Below, piece by piece: positions 10,990 to 23,116 of a stretch of 64,000 bases of DNA (position 1 is the first letter of the stretch; every line of letters begins with the position of its first letter). Source of the DNA: Macrostomum lignano (lineage: Eukaryota); contig NIVC01000124.1 in NCBI GenBank assembly GCA_002269645.1, positions 259,443 through 323,442 on the forward strand. Reading direction: 5' to 3'. Made by a program: the position numbers and the translations under genes. A model generated the notes under the pieces. That model was not told where the DNA came from. It saw only the letters and a list, made by a program, of their open reading frames with translations, and did not search any database.

Positions 10990-12660
10990 ATGGAGTGACT
11001 GTGACTGTGATGGAGTGACTGTGACTGTGATGAAGTGACTGCGAGTGTGATGGAGTGACTGTAACTGTGATGGAGTGACTGTGACTGTGAAGGAGTGACT
11101 GTAACTGTGATGGAGTGACTGTAACTGTGATGGGGTGACTGTAACTGTGATGAAGTGACTGTAACTGTTATGAAGTGACTGTGACTGTGATGAAGTGACT
11201 GTAACTGTGATGAAGCGACTGTAACTGTAATGGAGTGACTGCGAGTGTGATGGAGTGACTGCGAGTGTGATGGAGTGACAAGAGGTGAGACGGAGTGACA
11301 GTGAGCGTGAAAATGTGAAAGTGTGGGTCAGAGTGACAGCGAGTGTGAAAGTGTGACAGTGAGTGTGACAGAATGACAGTATGATGAGAAGAGTTTTGCA
11401 CTCTCCAGATTTCTTTTTCAAGATGTCCCTGGCGCGACCGTCAAGAGAGTGAGGGGTAAGAGGGATATTTTCCAGAGCAATGGGAGCACTTCCCAAATCA
11501 CAGGGGGCTGCCCAGCCAGCTGATTAAAATTAATTAGGTCCGTCCGAATGCAAATTAGTGGCCGCTGCGCCAGCTAGGGATGTGGGGGTGTCTTTCGCGG
11601 AATCTCTGAGTCCAGTCAGCAAGTATATGAGATCCTCAGGCCTTTATCAGAGTATAGCAAGTTTCCCTCACTCTGCGCTTTTGCCCGAGATTTCTGGCCA
11701 GCCGCTTTGAAGGATTTGAAAGACGAGGGAAAAAAACTTTTTTTCTCGGCTTCAAGAATGGCGGTCGGTCATGATTGCTGCTTTGAGAGAAAAAGAAAGT
11801 TCTTAACTTTTATTTTGTCTGGCTTCAGCGAGATTTCCAAGATAGGGTTTCCCTGTATAGGTTGCAAGTTTCTAGAAAATCTTCCTAATAGGGGTGCCAC
11901 AGAGTTAATATTAACTAGGGCTGTGAATGAGAACTGCGAATGAGACAGTCGTGAAAATGAGTGTGATGGAGTGACTGTGAATAGGATGTAGTGACTGTGA
12001 ATGTGATGGAGTGACTGTGAATGTGATGGAGTGACTGTGACTGTGATGAAGTGACTGTGAGTGTGATGGAGTGACTGTGAGTGTGATGGAGTGACTGTGA
12101 GTGTGATGGAGTGACTGTGAGTGTGATAGAGTGACTGTGAGTGTGATGGAGTGACAGTGAGTGTGATGGAGTGACTGTGAGTGTAATGGAGTGACAGTGA
12201 GTGTGATGGAGTGACAGTGAGTGTGATGGAGTGATTGTGAGTGTGATAGAGTCACTGTGAGTGTGATGGAGTGACAGTGAGTGTAATAGAGTGATTGTGA
12301 GTGTGATAGAGTGACTGTGAGTGTCATGGAGTGACTGTGTGTGTGATGGAGTGACAGTGAGTGTGATGGAGTGACTGTGAGTGTGATGGAGTGACTGTGA
12401 GTGTGATGGAGTGACTGTGAGTGTGATGGAGTGTCAGTGAGTGTGATGGAGTGACTGTGAGAGTGATGGAGTGACAATGAGTGTAATGGAGTGACAGTGA
12501 GAGTGATGGAGTGACAGTGAGTGTAATAGAGTGACTGTGAGTGTGATGGAGTGACTGTGAGTGTAATAGAGTGACAGTGAGAGTGATAGAGTCAGTGTAA
12601 GTATGAGAGACAGACAATGAGTCGTACAGAGTGACAGTGCTAGGGTGAGAGTTACAGTGA
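10990..12660. repeat. 20-bp GTGATGGAGTGACTGTGA(C/G)T-type minisatellite in two blocks (~10990-11380, ~11950-12660) around a unique 570-bp spacer
   Basis: Direct reading; homologues ~27484-29300 and ~45224-47480. Confidence 0.93.
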
Positions 12661-12898
12661 AATAGAGGGAGACTGACAGAATGAGACAATATTATGGTGA
12701 GGCAGTAAGAAATTAAATCAACACTACTTTTATTTGTATGGCAATTTTCAGTTCCAGATTTAATAACGTTATCCGACTAGAAAAATAATTCTTTAGTTGT
12801 ACTTTAAGTTTAACAGCAGACTGCGGTATGTAACTTGCGAGTGACAAATTACCAAGCCAGGCTCATTAACCTCCTAAGTCTATAAGGCGGCTTGTGGG

Positions 12899-13270
12899 GG
12901 CGTCTTCTGACTTATTCACTTAATTTGGCGCCTTCTGACTTATTCACTTAATTTGGCGCCTTCTGACTTATTCACTTAATTTGGCGCCTTCTGACTTATT
13001 CACTTAATTTGGCGCCTTCTGACTTATTTACCGAATTCGGCGCCTTCTGACTCATTAAACTAATTTGGCGCCTTCTGACTTATTCACTTTATTTGGCGCC
13101 TTCTGACTTATTCACTTAAAAAGGCGCCTTCTGACTCATTCACTTAATTTGGCGCCTTCTGACTTACTCACTTTATTTGGCGCCTTCTGACTTATTCACT
13201 TTATTTGGCGCCTTCTGACTTATTCACTTAAAAAAGCGCCTTCTGACTTATTCACTTATTTTGGCGCCTC
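12899..13270. repeat. 28-bp minisatellite GGCGCCTTCTGACTTATTCACTTAATTT
   Basis: Direct reading; homologues ~29547-30308 and ~47756-48520. Confidence 0.95.
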
Positions 13271-13363
13271 CATGGCGCCAACAATCTTGGCGCCTCCAGT
13301 CTAACGCTCGACTTTGTTGAGTTCCCAATTCGCTAGCCGCATCCACCCCCCAAGAATTCCTGA

Positions 13364-13426
13364 CCAATGGGAACTGTGCTAGCCAGTATTTTCTAAGGCT
13401 TAATACCCTCACAGTAGTGTATAAAA
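13364..13426 (+). promoter_or_regulatory. Candidate promoter: CCAAT (13364-13368) and TATAAAA (13420-13426)
   Basis: ~125-185 bp upstream of ATG 13550; both motifs conserved in all three units. Confidence 0.4.
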
Positions 13427-13549
13427 TATGCTGAAAAATTCCAATAGGAATTTTGTCCTCTTCGCCGCGTTATTTTCTCATTTGAAATGCTCAAATAAAC
13501 AAATAATTCACGCGAGGTTCGATTTTAAACGAAAACTACAGCTCAAACT

Positions 13550-14934
13550 ATGGAAGGTGTAAAATTAACCCGATCCAAGTCGCTGCCCGATTCGAGACTA
13601 TTCGAAGCTTTGGTTCGAAAATTTTCCAGGTGAGCCATGTTGCCCCCCCCCCCCTAATCTTACCTCATTAGCACCTGTTTAATGAATGTATCCTGAGCAG
13701 TAATGCTCAGTAATGATGCTTAATACAGAAATGTCGTCGAATCCAGACTTGGGAATACTTTGTCAACTGGGGATCTGGGAGGGCGGCCGCCCAGCAACTG
13801 GGGATCTGGGAGGGCGGCCGCCCAGCAACTGAGGATCTGAGAGGCTGGCCCAGCAACTGAGGATCTAGGAGGCTGGCTCAGCAACTGAGGATCTGGGAGG
13901 GCGGCCGCCCAGCAACTGAGGATCTGGGAGGCTGGCCCAGCAACTGAGGATCTGAGAGGCTGGCCCAGCAACTGAGGATCTGGGAGGCTGGCCCAGCAAC
14001 TGAGGATTTAGGAGGCTGGCTCAGCAACTGAGAATCTGGGAGGCTGGCCCAGCAACTGAGGATCTAGGAGGCTGGCTCAGCAACTGAGGATCTGGGAGGC
14101 TGGCCCAGCAACTGAGGATCTGAGAGGCTGGCCCAGCAACTGAGGATCTGAGAGGCTGGCCCAGCAACTGAGGATCTGAGAGGCTGGCCCAGCAACTGAG
14201 GATCTAGGAGGCTGGCTCAGCAACTGTGGATCTGAGAGGCTGGCCCAGCAACTGAGGATCTGAGAGGCTGGCCCAGCAACTGAGGATCTGTTAGGGCGGC
14301 CGCCCAGCAACTGAGGATCTGAGAGGCTGGCCCAGCAACTGAGGATCTGAGAGGCTGGCCCAGCAACTGAGGATCTGGGAGGGCGGCCGCCCAGCAACTG
14401 GGGATCTGGGAGGCTGGCCCAGCAACTGAGGATCTGAGAGGCTGGCCCAGCAACTGAGGATCTGGGAGGCTGGCCCAGCAACTGAGGATTTAGGAGGCTG
14501 GCTCAGCAACTGAGAATCTGGGAGGCTGGCTCAGCAACTGAGGATCTGGGAGGCTGGCCCAGCAACTGAGGATCTGGGAGGCTGGCCCAGCAACTGAGGA
14601 TCTGAGAGGCTGGCCCAGCAACTGAGGATCTGAGAGGCTGGCTCAGCAACTGAGGATCTGAGAGGCTGGCCCAGCAACTGAGGATCTGAGAGGCTGGCTC
14701 AGCAACTGAGGATCTGGGCAGTCCATTCCCAGTGGCTCCTCTGGACGCTTTGGCTTCGATATTACCAATCTATTAATATTTCTGGGTGTCAGGACTGGAT
14801 TAAGAGAGCTGGCCAGCTTCCAGCGCCCTCTCGGTCTGGGAATGTCTCGGCCCCGAACTGTGCAAATGATTTATGGTGCATGTTACAATACGCTGGGGAA
14901 AATAGGGATTTCAATGCATCTAATACATGTATAA
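13550..14934 (+). CDS. Putative small spliced gene of unknown function (exon A 13550-13629, exon B 14733-14934; 93 aa if it ends at the first stop)
   Basis: AG|GTGAGC donor and CCCAG| acceptor with matching phase 2; of 5 substitutions versus unit 2, 4 are synonymous; the in-register minus frame is closed. Confidence 0.5.
13765..14718. repeat. 28-bp minisatellite CAGCAACTGAGGATCTGGGAGGCTGGCC
   Basis: Direct reading; further arrays ~16800-17630, ~30803-31480, ~32910-34010, ~49024-49915, ~51410-52075. Confidence 0.95.
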
Positions 14935-15119
14935 AGATAGATATATATATATATATTTAGGTCTGCAAAACTGGGAGTTCAAGTCGTCAGACTATGTTTT
15001 ATAGGATTTCGGGTGCTCAACTGGTGGATATTTTGTTGCGTCTGATTTTTGATTGTGGTGTCTTTGTTGTCTTAGCAATTGAGGTTGTTGTTGAAATCGA
15101 AGTTTTCGTAGTTTTGAGG

Positions 15120-15311
15120 TTATTGTTGTTGTTGTTGCTGTTGTTGTTGTTGAAATTGTGGTTGTTGTTGTTGTTGTTGTTGTTGAAATTGAGGCTGTTG
15201 TTGTTGTTGTTGTTGTTGTTGTTGCTGCTGTTGTTGTTGAAATTGAGGTTGCTGTTGTTGTTGAAATTAAGGTTGTTGTTGTTGTTGTTGTTGTTGTTGT
15301 TGGAATTGAGG

Positions 15312-15367
<56 letters not shown>

Positions 15368-15384
15368 GTTGAAATTCAGGTTGT

Positions 15385-15418
<34 letters not shown>

Positions 15419-15530
15419 GAAATTCAGGTTGTTGCTGTTGTTTTTGTTGTTGTTGTTGTTGAAATTGAGGTTGTTGTTGTTGTTGAACTTGAGGTTGTTG
15501 TTGTTGTTGAACTTGAGGTTGTCATTGTTA
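15120..15530. repeat. Interrupted (TTG)n trinucleotide array
   Basis: Direct reading; homologues ~31880-32035 and ~50340-50655. Confidence 0.93.
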
Positions 15531-16229
15531 TTTTTATTGATTTAATTGAGGTTGTTGTTTTTGAAATTGAAGTCGCTGTCGGTGTTGTCGGTGTCGAAAT
15601 CGAAGTTATTGTTACTGTTGATGAAATTTTAAGTCCTTTGTTATTGTTATTGTTAAAATTGACGTTGCCATTGTTTTTTTCAATTTGAAGTTGTACTTTT
15701 ATTATTGTAAGGGTCATGTACGGCTGAACCCTTGGCTAACATCAGCGGGCCAAATACAATTTGTCATTAGCTAGTACTGTAAGTAACTGTAAGCGCCAGA
15801 AACGGCAGGGCAGGAGTAATGGGATCAAAAGCAAGGAAAGATGCACGTGGAGAAAATGGCATAGCGAAGGTGGACAGCTAGATCGGTTTCCGCATTATGC
15901 CTTATTTATTTTTATTAGATTGTCGTCCAGAGCTTAAAAGTTGTGTCCGCAGCAACAGTTGCCGCATAATTTCACCGAAATGCTTTCATATTTCTGCTCT
16001 GTCTGTCCTTCACCAGCTTTTAGAATGATTTGCCATCTTTCTTTGACGGGAGAAGCATCCTCATTGGCCATTCCATCTAGAAGAAAAAATGCAAAAGCAA
16101 TTAGCCGCAGATTCCTGCACTCCAACCGAAATTGCAATACGATTTATCTTTGCCTCGGCATCAACTGCTGGCTGCTGCCGCCGATACTGACGGGTCCTGT
16201 GGAGTTTCATCGCTCTTTTGAGTCAAGGA

Positions 16230-16810
16230 GGGTCTGGGAGCTGCGAGGGTGGCGGTAGCTCAGCAACTGAGGGTCTGGGAGCTGCGAGGGTGGCGGTAGC
16301 TCAGCAACTGAGGGTCTGGGAGCTGCGAGGGTGGCGGTAGCTCAGCAACTGAGAATCTGGGAGCTGCGAGGGTGGCGGTAGCTCAGCAACTGAGAATCTG
16401 GGAGCTGCGAGGGTGGCGGTAGCTCAGCAACTGAGAATCTGGGAGCTGCGAGGGTGGCGGTAGCTCAGCAACTGAGGGTCTGGGAGCTGCGAGGGTGGCG
16501 GTAGCTCAGCAACTGAGGGTCTGGGAGCTGCGAGGGTGGCGGTAGCTCAGCAACTGAGGGTCTGGGAGCTGCGAGGGTGGCGGTAGCTCAGCAACTGAGG
16601 GTCTGGGAGCTGCGAGGGTGGCGGTAGCTCAGCAACTGAGGGTCTGGGAGCTGCGAGGGTGGCGGTAGCTCAGCAACTGAGGGTCTGGGAGCTGCGAGGG
16701 TGGCGGTAGCTCAGCAACTGAGAATCTGGGAGCTGCGAGGGTGGCGGTAGCTCAGCAACTGAGAATCTGGGAGCTGCGAGGGTGGCGGTAGCTCAGCAAC
16801 TGAGAATCTG
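16230..16810. repeat. 41-bp minisatellite CAGCAACTGAG(G/A)(G/A)TCTGGGAGCTGCGAGGGTGGCGGTAGCT, ~14 copies
   Basis: Period 41 (16261 to 16302); ~4 copies in unit 2 and 1 copy in unit 3. Confidence 0.93.
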
Positions 16811-17700
16811 GGAGGCTGGCCCAGCAACTGTAGGAGGTGAAGGCTGGCCCAGCAACTGAGGATCTGGGAGGCTGGCCCAGCAACTGAGGATCTGGGAGGC
16901 TGGTCCAGCAACTGAGGATTTAGGAGGCTGGCCCAGCAGCTGAGGATCTGGGAGGCTGGTCCAGCAACTGAGGATTTAGGAGGCTGGCCCAGCAACTGAG
17001 GATCTGGGAGGCTGGCCCAGCAACTGAAGATTTTGGAGGCTGGCTCAGAAACTGAGGATTTAGGAGGCTGGCCCAGCAACTGAGGGTCTAAGAGCTGCGA
17101 GGGTGGCGGTAGCTCAGCAACTGAGGGTCTGGGAGCTGCGAGGGTGGCGGTAGCTCAGCAACTGAGAATCTGGGAGGCTGGCCCAGCAACTGTAGGAGGA
17201 GCTTGAAGGCTGGCCCAGCAACTGAGGATCTGGGAGGCTGGTCCAGCAACTGAGGATTTAGGAGGCTGGCCCAGCAACTGAGGATCTGGGAGGCTGGCCC
17301 AACAACTGAAGATTTTGGAGGCTGGCTCAGAAACTGAGGATTTAGGAGGCTGGCCCAGCAACTGAGGATCTGGCTAGCCCAGCAACCGAGAATCTGGGAG
17401 GCTGGCCCAACAACTGAGGATCTGGGAGGCTGGCCCAGCAACCGAGAATCTGAGAGGCTAACCCAGCAACTGAGGATCTGGGAGGCAGGCCCAGCAACCG
17501 AGGATTTGGGAGGCTGGCCCAGCAACTGAGGATCTGGGAGACTGGATCAGCAACTGAGGATCTGTGAGGCTGGATCAGCAACTGAGGATCTGGGAGGCTG
17601 GATCAGAAACGGAGGATCTGGGAGGCTGGTGGCCTAGATAGAAACTGAGAATAATCCAGCGCCCCATCACCGCCTCTCCAGCATCCCCAGCTCAGTCGGC

Positions 17701-18183
17701 ATGGCCGGCCGCAGCTGCAGCCTGCAGGACTCGCAGGCCCTCCGTGAGGCCTACTCAAGCAGCGAATGCGACTCAACATCTTCATCCTCATCGAGCTCTG
17801 AGAGCCTCTCCAGCTGCAGCAGCAGCGACTCGGAGGAATCCAACGATTGCTCAGCTTCCTCGAGTGCTTCATCAACGTCTTCATCCTCCTTCGAAGGATC
17901 GGTTCAGGTCGACAGCGTGTCGACAGATCGCCGCCCCGACTCCGATCAGTTGAGTTTCATCGATCTGCGAGGCGCCAGGAGGCGCCAAGATCGGCGCCAA
18001 GATCGGCGCCAAGATCGGCGCCCGCTGAGCGCGCTGTCAGAGGAGTCCACCGAGAGTGGCGACGGCAGCGCTTCGGCGTCAGCTGCTGCTGCATCGGCGG
18101 CAGCGGCAGCAGCTGGGCCTACAGCTGGGCCTAGGCCTGCCAGTTATATGATTTACTCAACATATCGGCGCTGGATTATCTAA
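17701..18183 (+). CDS. Ser-rich low-complexity ORF or exon with RRQD repeats (hypothetical)
   Basis: 160-aa ORF in unique GC-rich sequence; frame kept in units 2 (34077-34547) and 3 (52148-52594); several differences are synonymous. Confidence 0.4.
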   Translation: MAGRSCSLQDSQALREAYSSSECDSTSSSSSSSESLSSCSSSDSEESNDCSASSSASSTSSSSFEGSVQVDSVSTDRRPDSDQLSFIDLRGARRRQDRRQDRRQDRRPLSALSEESTESGDGSASASAAAASAAAAAAGPTAGPRPASYMIYSTYRRWII

Positions 18184-18384
18184 TTATATTGAGAATGGCT
18201 ATAAGCCTATTCAGTACCTTGTTTGTTTTTATGTGAGAAAGTCTATCTGCTCAGAGAAATGAGCTACTAAAAGAGCACAAAATGTACTGCACATTCTCTG
18301 TTGCTTGATGAGAACAATGCGTATGGCTGATAAAAAATCTGTAAAGTCTGAAGTGTGATGTCCAACACGAGGAAAAAAGGAGGA

Positions 18385-19400
18385 AGAATGATGTGTCAGA
18401 TTATGGAAAGAATGATGTGTCAGATTATGGAAATAATGATGTGTCAGATTATGGAAAGAATGATGTGTCAGATTAGGCATGAATGATGTGTCAGATTATG
18501 GAAAGAATGATGTGTCAGATTATGGAAAGAATGATGTGTAAGATTATGGAAAGAATGATGTGTCAGATTATAGAAAGAATGATGTGTCAGATTATAGAAA
18601 GAATGATGTGTAAGATTATGGAAAGAATGATGTGTCAGATTATAGAAAGAATGATGTGTCAGATTATAGAAAGAATGATGTGTCAGATTATGGAAAGAAT
18701 GATGTGTCAGATTATAGAAAGAATGATGTGTCAGATTATGGAAAGAATGATGTGTCAGATTATGGAAAGAATGATGTGTCAGATTATGGAAAGAATGATG
18801 TGTCAGATTAGGCATGAATGATGTGTCAGATTATGGAAAGAATGATGTGTCAGATTATGGAAAGAATGATGTGTCAGATTATGGAAAGAATGATGTGTCA
18901 GATTATGGAAAGAATGATGTGTCAGATTATGGAAAGAATGATGTGTCAGAATATGGAAAGAATGATGTGTCAGAATATGGAAAGAATGATGTGTCAGATT
19001 ATGAATAGAATGATGTGTCAGATTATGAGAAGATGATGTGTCAGATTATGGAAAGAATGATGTGTCAGATTATGGAAAGAATGATGTGTCAGATTATGGA
19101 AAGAATGATGTGTCAGATTATGGAAAGAATGATGTGTCAGATTATGGAAAGAATAATGTGTCAGATTAGTAAAGAATGATGTGTCAGATTATGAAAGAAT
19201 GATGTGTCAGATTATGAAAGAATGATGTGTCAGATTATGGAAAGAATGATGTGTCAGATTATGGAAAGAATGATGTGTCAGATTATGGAAAGAATGATGT
19301 GTCAGATTATGGAAAGAATGATGTGTCAGATTATGGGAAGAATGATGTGTCAGATTATGGGAAGAATGATGTGTCAGATTATGAAAGAGTGATGTGTCAA
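18385..19400. repeat. 24-bp minisatellite GAATGATGTGTCAGATTATGGAAA
   Basis: Direct reading; homologue ~34750-36137. Confidence 0.95.
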
Positions 19401-20245
19401 GCTAGTAGTGTCAGCAAATTAAGGGGTTCATCATGAATCAATGTACTTACAAACGGTCTATCCGAAAATTCTAAAGACCTTCTACATTTTTGAGGATCAG
19501 TCATTCGAGTAAAAATGTGTTTAGTACTATTCTAAACAGAAAGTTCTACAAGATCCCCCTGTAGTCAATCAATGCCTTAAGTCAGGCCAAAGCAGTGCTT
19601 AAGACCCTAAAAGTACTCTTGTGCTTGCTCAGCTCGCGTGAAAATTTCATAACGAGTTGGTTCTTCAACTCTCATTAGAGACACTCGGTTATATGAGTAG
19701 GATGCGATCAATAGGGCTCAATGCACTACTTTATTCAATGAGTAGTACAGAAGCTTTTACATCGTATTATATATTTGGGTTCTGATAACAATAGTGCGGT
19801 TGTGAAGTACGCGAAATATATCGGAATTCCGTTGGGAAGAGGTCCACATATTACAGTTTAGATTTTGATTAAACTAAGGGCGAACTAGATCTAGGGGTGT
19901 CGGGCAGGGACAGAAATGTCGTTGGTGTCAGAAGGCGCTCAAATTTAGTGTCAAATTTTGGCACTGATATCTGGGTTGATTGCGCGCCAAATGATGTGTC
20001 AATTGGGCGTCAGAAGGGCACTGAGTTTATTGCCAGGAGGGGGCGCCAAGTTTATTGTCAGGAGGGGCCTGTAAATTTGTGTCAGGATGGGCGCTAAAAT
20101 AAGTGTCAGGATGGCGCCAAATTTGGTGTTTGCAGGGCTTGTTCATACTCATTAAGGAATTTTATCCTTACACAACATTCACTCCTTTACTGATGAAATA
20201 ACACGAGTTTATAAGGTTAACTGGAAGGCGTCAGAAGTCCGTCGA

Positions 20246-22960
20246 TCAGTGCCTGATAAGTCTCACAGTGAAACAGGCAATGGCGGCCAGAACAAAGACC
20301 TGACAGGCTGACAAAGACCCCAGCTGACTGGCTGACTTGTACCAATCGTCTGGGGGGCAGTTATTGCCCCATCCGACACTGACTCCGTTCTCCTTGTTCT
20401 TGGCCGCAATGTAGGTCTGGAGCGGTGCGAAATAGTCAAGCAGGGGTTTGGCGCTGATCTGCCGTGTGCCGCTGATCTTGAACAGGGCCTCCTCCCAGTG
20501 CAGCGAGGTGCCGCTCTCCAGCAGGGCTCTGAAAGTTTGTTTGTTAATAATATAAACATAAAAAATATGAACTTAATCTCGTAATAACTTCACCTGTAGC
20601 TAATTGATGCTAATTACACATGTAGCTAGCTAATTGATGCTAATTACACCTGTACCTAATTGATGCTAATTACACCTGTACCTAATTGATGCTAATTACA
20701 CCTGTACCTAATTGATGCTAATTACACATGTAGCTAGCTAATTGATGCTAATTACACCTGTACCTAATTGATGCTAATTACACATGTAGCTAATTGATGC
20801 TAATTACACCTGTAGCTAGCTAATTGATGCTAATTATACATGTAGCTAATTGATGCTAATTACACCTTTAGCTAATTGATGGTAATTACACCTTTAGCTA
20901 ATTGATGCTAATTACACCTTTAGCTAATTGATGCTAATTACACCTTTAGCTAATTGATGCTGGATGCTGCTAGCGGATGTTAATTGCGACTATTTCGACT
21001 TTTGTGGTAAAAATTAAAAGTTCAAAAATAGACAGATTTTATTTGCAACTGAACATTTAATAACTGTTTTAAGGGGCATTCAAAAATTCGGTTTTTTTAC
21101 AAAAAGAGTTCGACCCGCACTCACTTGAGCTTTGCGCCGGCGGCAGAGTTGCCGTAGATGCTGCATTTGTGAAAATTTTCCGTTACACCTGCGGCCTGGC
21201 ACAGCGACTGGTGGAATTGAAACTGCAGCAGTAGGCTGAGAAAGTATCTGAAAATTATTCAAACTTTTTTCAGCCAAAAATTCAATTTAAGCCGATAAGA
21301 ATTTTGCTTTAGCGGTGTATTGGTTGGCTTGGCAACAAGTGAAGAAAACAAACATTTGACCGAGTGCTATACCCTAGTTAGGAGGTATTTCGAGTTGATA
21401 GAATTTGTTTAACATTTTCAAAATGACTTTTAACCGTCTTTTATCAAAGTTTTTTTCGTCTAATTTGAAAACTCTGCCTGCCGAAACCTGGCTATTTTAA
21501 TTACTCAATTCTTGCATGAACCAAGTTTCTAGCAGAATTATTCTCACAATTAACATCGAATATTATTAGTCTTTATTATGAGTCATGTAATGCGGCAAAA
21601 GGCCTAAAAACATATTTTTTTAAGTTGCACACGTAATTAACGCCAAATTTTGTGTTTCAAATTGACGTCAAATTTTGTGTTTCAAATTGGCGCCTAATTT
21701 ATTGTTTAAAGCCATAATAAAGCCACCTGAACTCGCCTCATGTACTCCACATTGGCAACCACGTGATAAATAGCGCCGGCATCAAAGTCCTCTTCCGATC
21801 GCAACACCGGACTGGAAACCCCCATCAGTTGGCAGCGCTGGTTCACCCATTCGCTGTTCCACAGATTCTTGGGCACCACGCCTTTGAACAGCTTGTACCT
21901 GTAGGTTTGTCGATGGTGTAAGTAGGCAGAGGTATACAAATTCTCCACAAGATTCTTCTTCTCGGGATTCCCTCCCCAAGACACCCATCGCCGAGATTCC
22001 CCTCCGGAACTTCCTTTCCTGAGTTTTCCCTTCCTGAAATTAAACCTTCCCGGGATTCGCCTTCCCGGGATTCCCCTGACCGAGATTCCCCTTCCCGGGA
22101 TTCCCCTTACCGGGATTCCCCTTACCGGGATTCCCCTTACCGGGATTCCCCTTACCGGGATTCCCCTTACCAGGATTCCCCTTACTGGGATTCCCCTTAC
22201 CGGGATTTCCCTTACCGGGATTCCCCTTACCGGGATTCCCCTTACCAGGATTCTCCTTACCGGGATTCCCATTCCCGTGATTCCCCCTGCTGAGTTTTCC
22301 CATCCCGAGATTCTCTTCTTGAAAATCTCTCTCCATAGCTTCTACCTGTAGTTGTCAATCAAATAACCAAAAGGCAGGTAGGCGGCCTTCTTCAAAGCCA
22401 TGAGGAACAGAGAGTTCAGGTAGAACTCATCGGATTCGCTGTCCGATTCAAGCAGGCCGAGTTTTCTCAGATGCCCCGGGGTCATGACTGACAGCTCGAT
22501 GGTGTCGCCGATAGCCTCGTGAAAACCGGGATTGGCGCCGTCTCGGAACACCACCGGCTGCTTCTCGTACTGTTGAAAGTATTGAATGTGGCCCATCTCG
22601 TGATGAGTCACCGCCAAATAGTGGCCGGTAATCTCCGTGCACTGCTTGATGCGGAAGTCGCCTTTATCAGTGTAGAAATCCCAAGCAGACGCGTGGCAGA
22701 CCATGTCAACTCCCGGCAGCTTCTCCAACACCGACTTCTCCCAGAAGGTGTCAGTCATGTTTCCCAAGCCGAGCGAGGCGAAGAAGTCTTGACTGGCTTC
22801 GAACATCTGTCTGACTGTCCAGTTCTGTTACGGGTTTCAAATGCAGACTCTTTATGCAAAATCTGACAGACAGACAGACAGACAGACAGACACTAAGGCA
22901 GACAGACAGAAAGACAGGCAGACAGACAGACAGACAGACAGACAGAAGGACAGACAGAAG

Positions 22961-23036
<76 letters not shown>

Positions 23037-23039
23037 CTA

Positions 23040-23076
<37 letters not shown>

Positions 23077-23079
23077 CTA

Positions 23080-23116
<37 letters not shown>

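Noticed and set aside
11580-11943. ~120-codon open plus-strand frame (..QQVYEILRPLSEYSKFPSLCAFARDFWP..) and the minus-strand GSAPIALENIP frame at 11390-11520
   Set aside because: No recognisable motif, mixed substitution pattern, and unit 3 has a 4-bp frameshifting deletion.
12816-12830. Possible 9-nt micro-exon (AACAG|CAGACTGCG|GTATGT) conserved in three units
   Set aside because: Splice-like hexamers this short occur by chance, and conservation is expected from recent duplication.
12899-13270. CRISPR-like look: constant GGCGCCTTCTGACT alternating with a more variable 14-mer (also 29547-30308, 47756-48520)
   Set aside because: The variable parts are homologous to each other, the period is only 28 bp, there are no cas genes and the context is eukaryotic. 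It is a minisatellite.
14990-15717. Thr-rich mucin-like gene on the minus strand across the (TTG)n array
   Set aside because: The frame changes within the array differ between units and no splice or start support was found; unresolved rather than excluded.
20170-20225. ~50-bp indel between units 1 and 2 in the ACE-A 3' region
   Set aside because: No terminal repeats or clear TSD; an ordinary small indel.
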